From Spirochaetaceae bacterium UBA6089 (GTDB taxonomy: Bacteria; Spirochaetota; Spirochaetia; Treponematales; Rectinemataceae), in NCBI GenBank assembly GCA_002435985.1, contig DIXD01000024.1, positions 13,167 to 77,166 of the forward strand: 64,000 nucleotides of DNA, read 5' to 3'. The notes under the pieces were generated by a model. It was not told the DNA's origin and did not search any database. It worked only from the letters and a program-made list of their open reading frames with translations. Shown piece after piece: positions 18,672-27,563 of the stretch. A program made the translations under genes and the position numbers. How positions within the stretch are numbered: position 1 is the first letter of the stretch; each line of letters starts with the position of its first letter.

Positions 18672-20039
18672 ATGCGCCTGATACACTTGAAGCTCGCAGC
18701 GCGGAATGTGCGCAGACAGCCTCACAGAACGATTGCACTCGGCGGAGCGGTGGCGTTCAGCGCCCTCGTCATGGCCCTGATCTTGGGTTTTGTGAACGGC
18801 ATGGATCTCGCGATCCAGAACAACGTGACGCTCTACTCCGGAGGCCATGTGCTTGTTTCAGGCTATACCGCAAGCCAAAGCGGCAGGCTCCAAAACAGGT
18901 TTACCGACGATACCGTCGTGAAGATCGTAGAGAGCACGAAGGCCGATATCCTCACGGTTTCGCCCATCGCACAGTCCAGGGCTACCGTCGTATTCGGGAC
19001 CCGGGAGATTCAGCTTATGCTCCGCGGTGTCGACTGGTCCAGGGATCAGCTCTACCACGAATCGCTGATACTCACCGAGGGCGACTGGAAGGGGCTCGAG
19101 GATTCCCGCACGATGCTCATGAGCGGCCAGACTGCGGAGCGGTTCGGCCTTGCCGCCGGAGATCGGGTGATCGTACGGCTCTCCACAGCCTCGGGCCAGC
19201 AGAATGTCACGGACTACAAAGTCGCCGCGATATACGACGACAGGGCTGCGGGCGGCATGAATACGGCCTTCGTCGCCTTCGGGGACCTTGCCGCGGACCT
19301 GAACATGAAATCGAACGAGCAGCAACAGATTGCGGTCTTTCTGAACAACAGCGCCGCTGCAGAGGAAGCCGCACAGGCCATCGCGGCGGGGCTTTCGGCG
19401 CAGGGATTTGCCGTAAGCCGGGGATCGGCGTCGAATGACGGCGCCTTAGGTGCGGCCACTCCACAGGATGCGTCTATTATACCGGACGCCTTCCAAGCAA
19501 CCGGGGGCACGCAGGGGGGCGCGAATCGACGCCTCGCGCCGGGAACAGCCGTCTACCGCATCTCCACAGTCCAGGAACTTGCAGGCGAAATCGGCGCTGC
19601 TCTCGGCTCTATCCGCTGGATCGGCTATGCGGTCTTTGCCCTCATGCTCCTCGGGAGCGCGACCGGCATCTCGAACTCGTACCATATGGTGCTGCTCGAG
19701 CGGACCAAGGAGATCGGCATGCTGCGCTGCATCGGATATAAGAAAAAGGACATATTTTCTTCTTTCGTTTGGGAAGGGATATTGCTTGCGGGCGGCGCAG
19801 CCCTGGTCGGCATTGTCCTCGCCCTGCCGATAGGATTCGGCATCGGCCTTATTCCTTTTGATCCACACGGAGATTTCGGGGCTGCGCTTGTGCAGGGGCA
19901 TCTGCGATTTGCACCTACCCTGGGCCAGTTTCTGTTGATTTTGGTTTTTGTGACGACTGTGGCGATCGCCGCAGTCTTTGTGCCCGCCCGGAGAGCGGCC
20001 GATGTCGTGCCCGTCGAGGCACTGAGAAAAACTGCATAG
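18672..20039 (+). CDS. FtsX/LolE-type ABC permease (second subunit)
   Basis: AARNVRRQPHRT, ERTKEIGMLRCIG, PARRAA...PVEALR. ATG 18672 follows GAGGAG. Confidence 0.9.
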   Translation: MRLIHLKLAARNVRRQPHRTIALGGAVAFSALVMALILGFVNGMDLAIQNNVTLYSGGHVLVSGYTASQSGRLQNRFTDDTVVKIVESTKADILTVSPIAQSRATVVFGTREIQLMLRGVDWSRDQLYHESLILTEGDWKGLEDSRTMLMSGQTAERFGLAAGDRVIVRLSTASGQQNVTDYKVAAIYDDRAAGGMNTAFVAFGDLAADLNMKSNEQQQIAVFLNNSAAAEEAAQAIAAGLSAQGFAVSRGSASNDGALGAATPQDASIIPDAFQATGGTQGGANRRLAPGTAVYRISTVQELAGEIGAALGSIRWIGYAVFALMLLGSATGISNSYHMVLLERTKEIGMLRCIGYKKKDIFSSFVWEGILLAGGAALVGIVLALPIGFGIGLIPFDPHGDFGAALVQGHLRFAPTLGQFLLILVFVTTVAIAAVFVPARRAADVVPVEALRKTA

Positions 20040-20070
20040 TGTGCAGTGACAGCAGATTTGAGGAGTAACC

Positions 20071-20979
20071 ATGGCGAACAAAAGAAGCATGAACATGAAG
20101 TTATTGAATGCACGATTGACAAGCAAACTGAGCATCGTGCTCTTCGGGCTCGTCCTTGTGTTCAGCGCAGAGGCACAAAGCGGCCCCTCTCGGGGCGGTG
20201 GAGGAGACCCGATGGGAGGCATAGACCTGCCCCCCGGTTTCCTAGAACAGAACAAGGATTACAAATTCCCTGATGATATAACGAAATATACAGCTACCGA
20301 TTTTCTTATGCTCGTGCGGCGCACCGATATCCGCTCCAGCTTCTACAACAGCGATATGAGCGCGACCATCTCGATGGTCACCGTGAGCCCCGACCGCGGC
20401 ACCAAGACTTTCAAGCAGCAGATTTTTAGGCGCGACAAGGACGACGCCTTTCTCATGATCACACTGGAGCCCGAATCGCGCAAGGGACAGGGTATGCTCC
20501 GCGTGGACAACAACATGTGGAGATACGACCCGACGAGCCGCAAGTTCACGCACACCACCATCAAGGACACGTACGAGAATTCCACGGTGACCAACAACGA
20601 CTTCCGCCGATGGCAGCGGTCGATCGATTATTCCGTGGAGAAGATCTCTTCGGGTACACTCGGCAACTACAACGTGATCATCGGAGAACTCAAGGCGAAC
20701 AACGATGAGGTCCCCTTCCCCTACATCAAGATGTACATCGAGGCTGACCGGAAGATCGTGCTCAAGGTGGAGGAATACAGCCTGTCGATGAAGCTTCTGC
20801 GCACTGCTTATTATACCCAGTATGTGCAGATTGGAGACTCCTTCGTGCCGACGGTGCAGATTTTCCAGGACGGGCTGATCCCGGAGAAGCGTTCGCAGAC
20901 GACCTATACGAACATCTCGACCAAACCTCTTCCCGATTACTATTTCACCAAAGAGTATTTGGAGCGGGTGAGCCAGTAG
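20071..20979 (+). CDS. LolA-like outer-membrane lipoprotein-sorting family protein
   Basis: Signal peptide; P..RKGQGMLRVDNNMWRYDP, E.YSLS.KLL, C-terminal LPDYYFTKEYLE. Follows the ABC permeases. Confidence 0.8.
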   Translation: MANKRSMNMKLLNARLTSKLSIVLFGLVLVFSAEAQSGPSRGGGGDPMGGIDLPPGFLEQNKDYKFPDDITKYTATDFLMLVRRTDIRSSFYNSDMSATISMVTVSPDRGTKTFKQQIFRRDKDDAFLMITLEPESRKGQGMLRVDNNMWRYDPTSRKFTHTTIKDTYENSTVTNNDFRRWQRSIDYSVEKISSGTLGNYNVIIGELKANNDEVPFPYIKMYIEADRKIVLKVEEYSLSMKLLRTAYYTQYVQIGDSFVPTVQIFQDGLIPEKRSQTTYTNISTKPLPDYYFTKEYLERVSQ

Positions 20980-20989
20980 GAGAACAGTG

Positions 20990-22618
20990 ATGAAAACAAG
21001 AACCATGCGCTGCTTCGGGCCGATTGTTATGATCGGTTTTTCTCTTTGGTGTGTGGTGGGCCTTTGGGCGCAGACCTCAGGCACCTCTACGGGAACAACC
21101 GCCCCCACAAATACGACCACGTTCACGAGTACGATACCGCCCGAGGTGATCGATGAGGATTCTCTTTTCGGCGGGTCCAAGGACATCGTCACCGTGATCG
21201 ACGAAAGCACTGCCTCGGCGGGGACCGTGCAGCTCGTCGAAGACACGAAGACCTATCCGGTCTTTCTCTTAAGTGGAACCGCGGGTGCGGGGCTGTATGG
21301 AAACTATACGCCGGTGGGGTCCTCTTCCTCCGACACTCAGGCGCTCTACGGGGCAGTGAATCTGTCGGGCCTGCGGATCGATTATCTGCCTACGAAGAAC
21401 CTTCATTTCTCCATATCCGGCGATTTGCTCACAGTTCCTGACGATATCATTGCAGCTTCCGTCACCACATTCGCGGACCTACGGCACAGCGAACTCGTGC
21501 GGCTCTATGTGGCGAGCTCCTTCGACTACGATCCTTCTATCGGTCTATCGACCTACAGCCTCGATGAGCTCTTCGTGGACACGCACATCGACGAAAAGGT
21601 CTTCTTTCGTCTAGGTAAGCAGCGCATACGGTGGGGTGTGGGATATTGGTACCAGCCTTCCGACGTCTTGAGCCTGTCGGCGATCGACCCCGACGATCCG
21701 ACCGCCGCGCGCGATGGTCCTTTTGCGTTCAAGGTCGATGTGCCCATGAATCTCAATCACTTGATGGTCTATATGGTGCCGCCGGTTTCGGGGTCCGCGG
21801 CATCCTCATCCATCGCGAGCAAATATGACTGGATCGTCAACGGCTGGGAGCTGAGCTTCGGGGGCTACGGCCGCGCCGACATGCTCGCCAGGCCGCGCGC
21901 CATCTTCTCCTTTACCGGCGCGATCGGCACCTTCGATGTGTATGGCGAAAATGTACTCCTCTACGGTTCCGACCGTATATATGTGAAAGAATCTTCGACA
22001 AGCCCCGGCACCTACGAGACCTATCGCCGGGAGACCACACCCTTTTTCCAGTCGACCCTGGGCATCAAATACTCGGCGGGCTACTCGAGCGGCCTGTCGT
22101 ACTCCTTTCACGCGCAAGGCTACTACAACGGCACAGGCTACGCGGACTCGAGCATAATGCAGAATCCGAGCGCCATAGCCGTGATAAAAGCCGACTATCC
22201 CGACACCTATAAGGACAGTGCGAGCGCCGCAGGCGCGGGCATGTGGTACCTGGCGGGTTCGGCTTCGGTGTCGGGCCGCTTTGGGGAGGGGCGGGACCTC
22301 ACGCAGGTGACGGGGTCTATGTATGGCATGAGCAACTTCTCGGACCGCTCGCTGCGCTTCAATCCTACACTCAAGGTGGCCATAGGGGATCAAGGGGGCC
22401 GCACGACCGTCACGCTTTCCTGCTTGACTGCGATAGGGAATATGGGTTCAGAATATGCTCCGAAGGGAAACAGGACGACTCCGGCGCTCTCCTTCAGCGC
22501 CCTCAACGACGCGATCGAGCTCGAGGTCTCTGTTCCCATCTCGCTGAATACCGATTTTTCGGTGAATAAGGTGCAGACTGCATTCAGTGTCTTCTGGAAC
22601 GCAGTCCAGTTCGATTGA
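20990..22618 (+). CDS. Exported protein, putative outer-membrane beta-barrel
   Basis: Signal peptide; LDELFVD...FRLGKQRIRWGVG motif typical of barrels in such operons; alternating aromatic C-terminus FSVFWNAVQFD. Confidence 0.6.
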   Translation: MKTRTMRCFGPIVMIGFSLWCVVGLWAQTSGTSTGTTAPTNTTTFTSTIPPEVIDEDSLFGGSKDIVTVIDESTASAGTVQLVEDTKTYPVFLLSGTAGAGLYGNYTPVGSSSSDTQALYGAVNLSGLRIDYLPTKNLHFSISGDLLTVPDDIIAASVTTFADLRHSELVRLYVASSFDYDPSIGLSTYSLDELFVDTHIDEKVFFRLGKQRIRWGVGYWYQPSDVLSLSAIDPDDPTAARDGPFAFKVDVPMNLNHLMVYMVPPVSGSAASSSIASKYDWIVNGWELSFGGYGRADMLARPRAIFSFTGAIGTFDVYGENVLLYGSDRIYVKESSTSPGTYETYRRETTPFFQSTLGIKYSAGYSSGLSYSFHAQGYYNGTGYADSSIMQNPSAIAVIKADYPDTYKDSASAAGAGMWYLAGSASVSGRFGEGRDLTQVTGSMYGMSNFSDRSLRFNPTLKVAIGDQGGRTTVTLSCLTAIGNMGSEYAPKGNRTTPALSFSALNDAIELEVSVPISLNTDFSVNKVQTAFSVFWNAVQFD

Positions 22619-22620
22619 AC

Positions 22621-22671
22621 CGTGTCGGCAAGTCCGGCGCGTGTCGGTAAGTCAGGCAAAAGAAGCCTGAC
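22621..22671. repeat. Short tandem duplication plus hairpin in the intergenic gap
   Basis: cgtgtcggcaagtccggcg and cgtgtcggtaagtcaggca; AGTCAGGC-N7-GCCTGACT hairpin. Confidence 0.65.
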
Positions 22672-22691
22672 TCGCCGCAAAAGGAGGGGGC

Positions 22692-23399
22692 ATGCACGGC
22701 AGAATTTTGATTGTGGAGGACACAAAGGAACTGGCCGAGCTCTACATGCTCTATCTTCAAAATGAAGGGTTCGAGTGCAGACTCGCCTTCGACGCGGAGA
22801 GTGCCCTTCCCTTGGCGCACGAGGAGGACTGGGATCTCATCGTGCTCGACATCAACCTTCCCGGCATAGATGGTTTTCAGTTTCTCGAGCGACTGCGCAA
22901 GACCAAATCCACGCCCGTGATGATTCTGACGGCCCGGGAAGCCGATGAAGACGTCATTTTAGGGCTGGGCGTGGGCGCCGACGACTTTGTCACCAAGCCA
23001 TGTCCGCCCAAGGTTTTGACAGCGCGTGTCCGCGCGCATATCCGGCGAACCATCGCCCTGCAGACTCGCCAGAACGGCAGCGTGGTGAAATTCGGCCCCT
23101 TTGAGCTCGATATCGAAGGGATGTACCTCACCAAAAATGGAGAGCCCATCAGCCTATCTGCCAGAGAGTTCAATATATTGAAAGAACTTGTATCGAATCC
23201 CGGCAAACCTTTCACACCGGAGGACCTCTATGCCAAGGTCTGGGGCCTGCAATATGGGGATGTCAGCGCTGTAGGCGTGTATATCCAGAGGCTGCGGAAG
23301 AAGCTCGAGGATGACCCCACCAATCCTTTCTATATCCAGACACAATACGGAATGGGCTACCGTTTCAACCCGGAGGCCTTTGCAGAGGCAAAGCCGTGA
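22692..23399 (+). CDS. OmpR-family response regulator
   Basis: REC domain (LIVED, LDINLP, TKP) plus winged helix (VYIQRLRKKLE, GMGYRF). Confidence 0.95.
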   Translation: MHGRILIVEDTKELAELYMLYLQNEGFECRLAFDAESALPLAHEEDWDLIVLDINLPGIDGFQFLERLRKTKSTPVMILTAREADEDVILGLGVGADDFVTKPCPPKVLTARVRAHIRRTIALQTRQNGSVVKFGPFELDIEGMYLTKNGEPISLSAREFNILKELVSNPGKPFTPEDLYAKVWGLQYGDVSAVGVYIQRLRKKLEDDPTNPFYIQTQYGMGYRFNPEAFAEAKP

Positions 23400-24793
23400 A
23401 AATGAAACTTCGGACGCAGTTCTCTATTCTCATTGTCGCGGTGACGCTTTTTCCCATCGTTTTTGGCCTTCTTGTCTTTACCGGCCAAAGGAACAAGCGC
23501 GATCCGCGCGAGCCGACACGAATCTTTTTGAACGAAGTGGCGGCGATGTGGCGCGAAAATCCGAACCTCGGCATCGAGGATATCCGGACGGCAGGAGAAG
23601 TGTCGGGGCTTCCGATCATCAATGCGGCGCTCATCTCGCCCGATGGTACGGTACTGGTGTCGTCGTTCAAAGAATTGCCCGCCGGCGCCACGCTGGAACT
23701 CGAGGACTTGGTCAGTCCGCCCATGACGCCCTATATGGACAGACCTAGGTCTGAACTTATGTTTTTGCCCATCGATACCACTCTGGAAAAAAGTCCGCTT
23801 CTGCTCTTCGACATCCAGCAATTCTGGTTGAAAGAAGATCTCCGAAGCCGGAATTTCATGCTTATAGCGAGTTTCGCCTTTGGGGCCTTCGTCGTCGCGG
23901 GGCTGATGTCGCTCATCATACTTCGCTCGACCAATAGGGCGATCAAGAACATCATCGACGATACGGCGATTGTGGCGAGCGGGCGACTCGATCACGAGGT
24001 GAAGGGAAGCGGCGCAGAGGAGCTCAGGTCCCTGGCGGACAGCATCAACCGCATGCGCCTCGCGCTGCGCGACATGATCGCTCGCCGCATGAACATGCTC
24101 ATCGGTGTGAGTCACGACCTCAAGACCCCGATCGCCCTCATTCAGGGATACACCGATGCGCTCAGCGACAATATGGCGAGCGACGAGGCCACGAGGATGC
24201 ATTACCTAGAGATCATTAGGGAGAAGAGCGTCCAGCTCGAGGATCTCGTCTCGGACCTCATCGAATTCATGAAGATCGATGACTTCAATGTGCCGCAGGA
24301 GATCGTGGATTTGGAAACGATCATGATTTCGCTCGGAAAACGCTTCGAGGAGGACGCGCGTCTTTTGGGGCTCGAGTTGACCTACGGTTTCGGTCGGCTC
24401 GGCGCGGCGCCGTCGAGGGAAGCGCTTTTCAGCGTCCCAAAAGTCAAGATGAATCGGTCACTCTTCGAGCGCGCTGTCGAAAACCTTGTCTCGAATGCGT
24501 TTCGGTACACGGGCCCCGGGGGGAAAGTGGAACTATTGTTGAATATGGAAGAAGGGCAGCCGGTGCTGACCGTCGCGGACAATGGCCCCGGCATCCCCAA
24601 CGAGGAGTTGGCCTACATTTTCGACGCATTCTACAGGGGAACCCCTTCTCGGCAGGAGGCCGGGTATGGCCTTGGCCTCACTATCGTCAAATTGGTGGTC
24701 GATCTGCACGGATGGAGTATTTCGGCGCAAAACAGGCAGCCTTCCGATGGGCACGGTCTTGTGGTCAGCATCAGGATGAAGGCTTCGGCGTAG
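23396..24793 (+). CDS. Sensor histidine kinase (HAMP-HisKA-HATPase)
   Basis: Two TMs, HAMP, SHDLKTP H-box, NLVSNA, DNGPGI, GYGLGL. Confidence 0.95.
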   Translation: MKMKLRTQFSILIVAVTLFPIVFGLLVFTGQRNKRDPREPTRIFLNEVAAMWRENPNLGIEDIRTAGEVSGLPIINAALISPDGTVLVSSFKELPAGATLELEDLVSPPMTPYMDRPRSELMFLPIDTTLEKSPLLLFDIQQFWLKEDLRSRNFMLIASFAFGAFVVAGLMSLIILRSTNRAIKNIIDDTAIVASGRLDHEVKGSGAEELRSLADSINRMRLALRDMIARRMNMLIGVSHDLKTPIALIQGYTDALSDNMASDEATRMHYLEIIREKSVQLEDLVSDLIEFMKIDDFNVPQEIVDLETIMISLGKRFEEDARLLGLELTYGFGRLGAAPSREALFSVPKVKMNRSLFERAVENLVSNAFRYTGPGGKVELLLNMEEGQPVLTVADNGPGIPNEELAYIFDAFYRGTPSRQEAGYGLGLTIVKLVVDLHGWSISAQNRQPSDGHGLVVSIRMKASA

Positions 24794-24802
24794 GAGGTGC
24801 GG

Positions 24803-24935
24803 TGCGCACGTGGCGGCGCTTACGAGCGGCGCAGTTTTACGAACATGGCGGCGCGAGCCTACGAGTGGCGCTGCGTATACGTACATGGCGGCGCTTACGA
24901 GCGGCGCGGCGTATACGCACATGGCGGCGCGCTGC
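24803..24935. repeat. About 3.5 copies of a 36-40-nt imperfect tandem repeat between convergent genes (REP-like)
   Basis: Unit consensus acg.acatggcggcgcttacgagcggcgc.gcgtat; internal mini-hairpin CGCT-TACG-AGCG in two copies. Confidence 0.85.
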
Positions 24936-24944
24936 ATACTCCGT

Positions 24945-26231
24945 TTATGCGCCCCGCATGCGTGCGGTGGTCGACCAGAGCCCGAGCGCAGGATTCGGCA
25001 CGAAGAAAAAATCCTCTCCGTCGGCGGTTTTGTGGAAGCCCGCGAGCCTGCCCCGGGGCGCATAGCGTTCGAGCGCGCGGTCGAGGTCGGCCCACTGGTA
25101 ACCCACCGAAGTAATCTCTTCCTTGCTGATGGAGGGGCCGGGGGCGTAGCTGATGCGGAAGCGGCCTTCGCTGGAGCCGTGGATGAGGTGGGCGGCGGCG
25201 GAGAGGTTGTCTGCGAGGGCAGGCTCGCGTGCGACGAGGGCCTGGATTTCTGCTCTCGGGCGGTAACCATAGTGCCGGATCACCGCATCGATACTTGGGT
25301 CTTCGCCGAAGCTGCGCAGCCCGGGTGCGAGGATGAGCAGCTCGCCGCCGTCGGCCATGGCCATCCTCATGCGATAGATCGACTTATTGCCGAGCCACGT
25401 GCTCCGGTACTCTTCCGGGTCGAGCCACACCACTGCTTTTTGAACCGGCTCCTCGAGAAGCTGAATGTTGACCTTCGCGGACAGGGCTGCCGCCTCTTCG
25501 AAACAGCGCCTGTCGGGGCTCGAAAAATAGCCCCGCAGCGCAAGAGAGCCGTCCTCGGCCGGGCTTATCACCGTGAGAATCCATATGATAGGAGGAAGCT
25601 TTCCCGCCACCATGCCCAGCGCCTCGTCGAGCAGCGCCCGCACCGGCGTGTCCGCCCGCCCCATAATCCCTTCCATGCCGCACACCGCGCTAAGATAATG
25701 ACTGCGGTCGATCGCCTCTTTACCGCCTGTGCCGACGAAGATATTCTTCGCGTGGTTGGCCATCCCCACAACCTCGTGGGGCACCACCTGCCCTACTGAG
25801 AAGATGAAGTCCACTTCTCCCGACGACAGAAGCCTGTTCGCCTGGACAGGATAGGAGTAGTGCACTTTTCCGCCGGAAATCTCGGCGACACGGCTCTCTG
25901 GTATGCGGCCGAGCTCGGTGACATCCCGTCTCCAGTCGTGAACCCTGAAAAGCGCCTGAGGCGAGCCTGGATACATGTGCGCGATTTCTGCTTCCGTCAT
26001 CTGCGAATGGGTGCCGAGCGCCGGCATTATCGCCGCCACGCGCCGGCCCAATTTTGCGACGAGTAGGTCGGTGATTTTGCCTGCACGCGAGTGAAGGCGG
26101 GTAATGTCCGGTGGAATGACGAGTATGCGCTTCGCCTTATATGCGCCGGAATCTTCGATGGTCTTCTCCACCAACACATCAAGCTCGTCGTCTTGTATAC
26201 TCCGGTTCAGACTCTGCTCAGCTACGTACAT
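24945..26231 (-). CDS. LarA (lactate racemase) superfamily epimerase, probable GntE-like mannonate/gluconate 2-epimerase
   Basis: PPDITR, ALGTH, VVPHEVVG.ANHAKN.FVG motifs; divergent from uxaE. Confidence 0.8.
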   Translation of the reverse strand: MYVAEQSLNRSIQDDELDVLVEKTIEDSGAYKAKRILVIPPDITRLHSRAGKITDLLVAKLGRRVAAIMPALGTHSQMTEAEIAHMYPGSPQALFRVHDWRRDVTELGRIPESRVAEISGGKVHYSYPVQANRLLSSGEVDFIFSVGQVVPHEVVGMANHAKNIFVGTGGKEAIDRSHYLSAVCGMEGIMGRADTPVRALLDEALGMVAGKLPPIIWILTVISPAEDGSLALRGYFSSPDRRCFEEAAALSAKVNIQLLEEPVQKAVVWLDPEEYRSTWLGNKSIYRMRMAMADGGELLILAPGLRSFGEDPSIDAVIRHYGYRPRAEIQALVAREPALADNLSAAAHLIHGSSEGRFRISYAPGPSISKEEITSVGYQWADLDRALERYAPRGRLAGFHKTADGEDFFFVPNPALGLWSTTARMRGA

Positions 26232-26327
26232 CGCAGTGCTCCCCCATGGCGGGATCGTTGTGGCCCTTGTGCGGCTTCTCTTCAGTCGCCATTATTATAT
26301 ACAAAGATATCTATGGAGGAATAGAGA

Positions 26328-27560
26328 ATGCAACTCTCGCGTTTTTCTATTGGAACGGGTGATCGATTCGGCCTCGAGGGCGAAGCACAGATAGCGGCGT
26401 TCGAAGAATTGCGCGCCCAGGGCGGCGAGGCTGATATCGTCTGGAACAAGAGCAACCGCGAACATCTGATCATTGGCTCGTCTCCTGCAGACCAGGCGGC
26501 CCGCGCCGCCGCAGCCATACAACGTACAGGCTGGGACGGGCCATGGTTCGTCGATGCCGACCACATCAGCCTCAAGACCGTCGATTGGTTCTTGCCGCAC
26601 TGCAATTTCTTTACGATCGATGTCGCCGAGACGATAGGGAAAAAGGTTTCTGCGGCGGCGCGGGCCGCCTATCTCGAGCATGCGCGGTTCCTCCTCGACG
26701 AGGGCGCAGCCCCCGTGGCTGTCTCTCAGGCCGACATCGAGACCGTCGCCGACAAATTCCTTGCCGCCGTGCAGGAAGCGGGCACCACGTACCGCTACAT
26801 CGCCGCTAAAAAACCAAAGGACTCTTTTGTCGTCGAACTTTCGATGGATGAGACCGATGTCCCTCAGACTCCCGCGCAGGTCGCCTCGATACTCGTCGCG
26901 GTAGCGGCAGAGGAGATACCGCTTGCTACGTTTGCGCCTCGCTTTCCGGGAAAATTTCTCAAGGGCATCGACTATGTGGGCGATGTCGCGGCATTTTTGG
27001 GTGCCTTCGAGGCAGAGACGAAGATCGTGTTGTGGGCTGTCGACAGGCTGGGGCTGCCAAGGGGCTTCAAACTCTCCGTACATACCGGAAGCGACAAGTT
27101 CAGGCTCTATAGGGGCATCCACGAGATTGTCGCGCGGCTTGGGGCTGGTGTGCACTTGAAAACTGCGGGCACGACCTGGCTTGAAGAGATCGTGGGGCTT
27201 GCAGAGGCCGGCGGCGATGGGCTTGCCCTTGCCAAGCGAGTGTACCAGGCTGCCTATGCCCGCATCGATGAGCTTGTGGCCCCTTACGCGAATGTCGTCG
27301 AAATCGACAAGGCCCGCCTGCCTCGACCGGAAGAGGTGGCGGCCTGGGATTCGGCCACCTTCGTGCAAGCGCTGCGCCATGAGCCAGGCTCCTCCACAAT
27401 GCAGCCGGACATGCGCCAGCTCATGCATGTGGGCTTCAAGATCGTCGCGGAAATGGGCAGGGAATTCAGTGACGCCGTCCTAAAGCACCGTGGATCGGTG
27501 GCCCGCAATGTCCAGCGCAACTTGTACGAGCGGCACCTTCGGCCGCTTATTCTCGGCTGA
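26328..27560 (+). CDS. uxaE: Tagaturonate/fructuronate epimerase
   Basis: SIGTGDRFG, DADHI, ELSMDET, KGIDY.GD, KLSVHTGSDKF, HLKTAGTTWLE. Confidence 0.9.
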   Translation: MQLSRFSIGTGDRFGLEGEAQIAAFEELRAQGGEADIVWNKSNREHLIIGSSPADQAARAAAAIQRTGWDGPWFVDADHISLKTVDWFLPHCNFFTIDVAETIGKKVSAAARAAYLEHARFLLDEGAAPVAVSQADIETVADKFLAAVQEAGTTYRYIAAKKPKDSFVVELSMDETDVPQTPAQVASILVAVAAEEIPLATFAPRFPGKFLKGIDYVGDVAAFLGAFEAETKIVLWAVDRLGLPRGFKLSVHTGSDKFRLYRGIHEIVARLGAGVHLKTAGTTWLEEIVGLAEAGGDGLALAKRVYQAAYARIDELVAPYANVVEIDKARLPRPEEVAAWDSATFVQALRHEPGSSTMQPDMRQLMHVGFKIVAEMGREFSDAVLKHRGSVARNVQRNLYERHLRPLILG

Positions 27561-27563
27561 GCC

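Noticed and set aside
24803-24935. Possible CRISPR array
   Set aside because: Units are contiguous with no unique spacers, and there are no cas genes or leader.
24810-25799. 329-aa plus-strand ORF starting in the repeat
   Set aside because: Antisense shadow of the LarA-family gene; its N-terminus is just translated repeat.
26295-27428. 377-aa minus-strand ORF
   Set aside because: Antisense to uxaE with no motifs; typical of GC-rich shadows.
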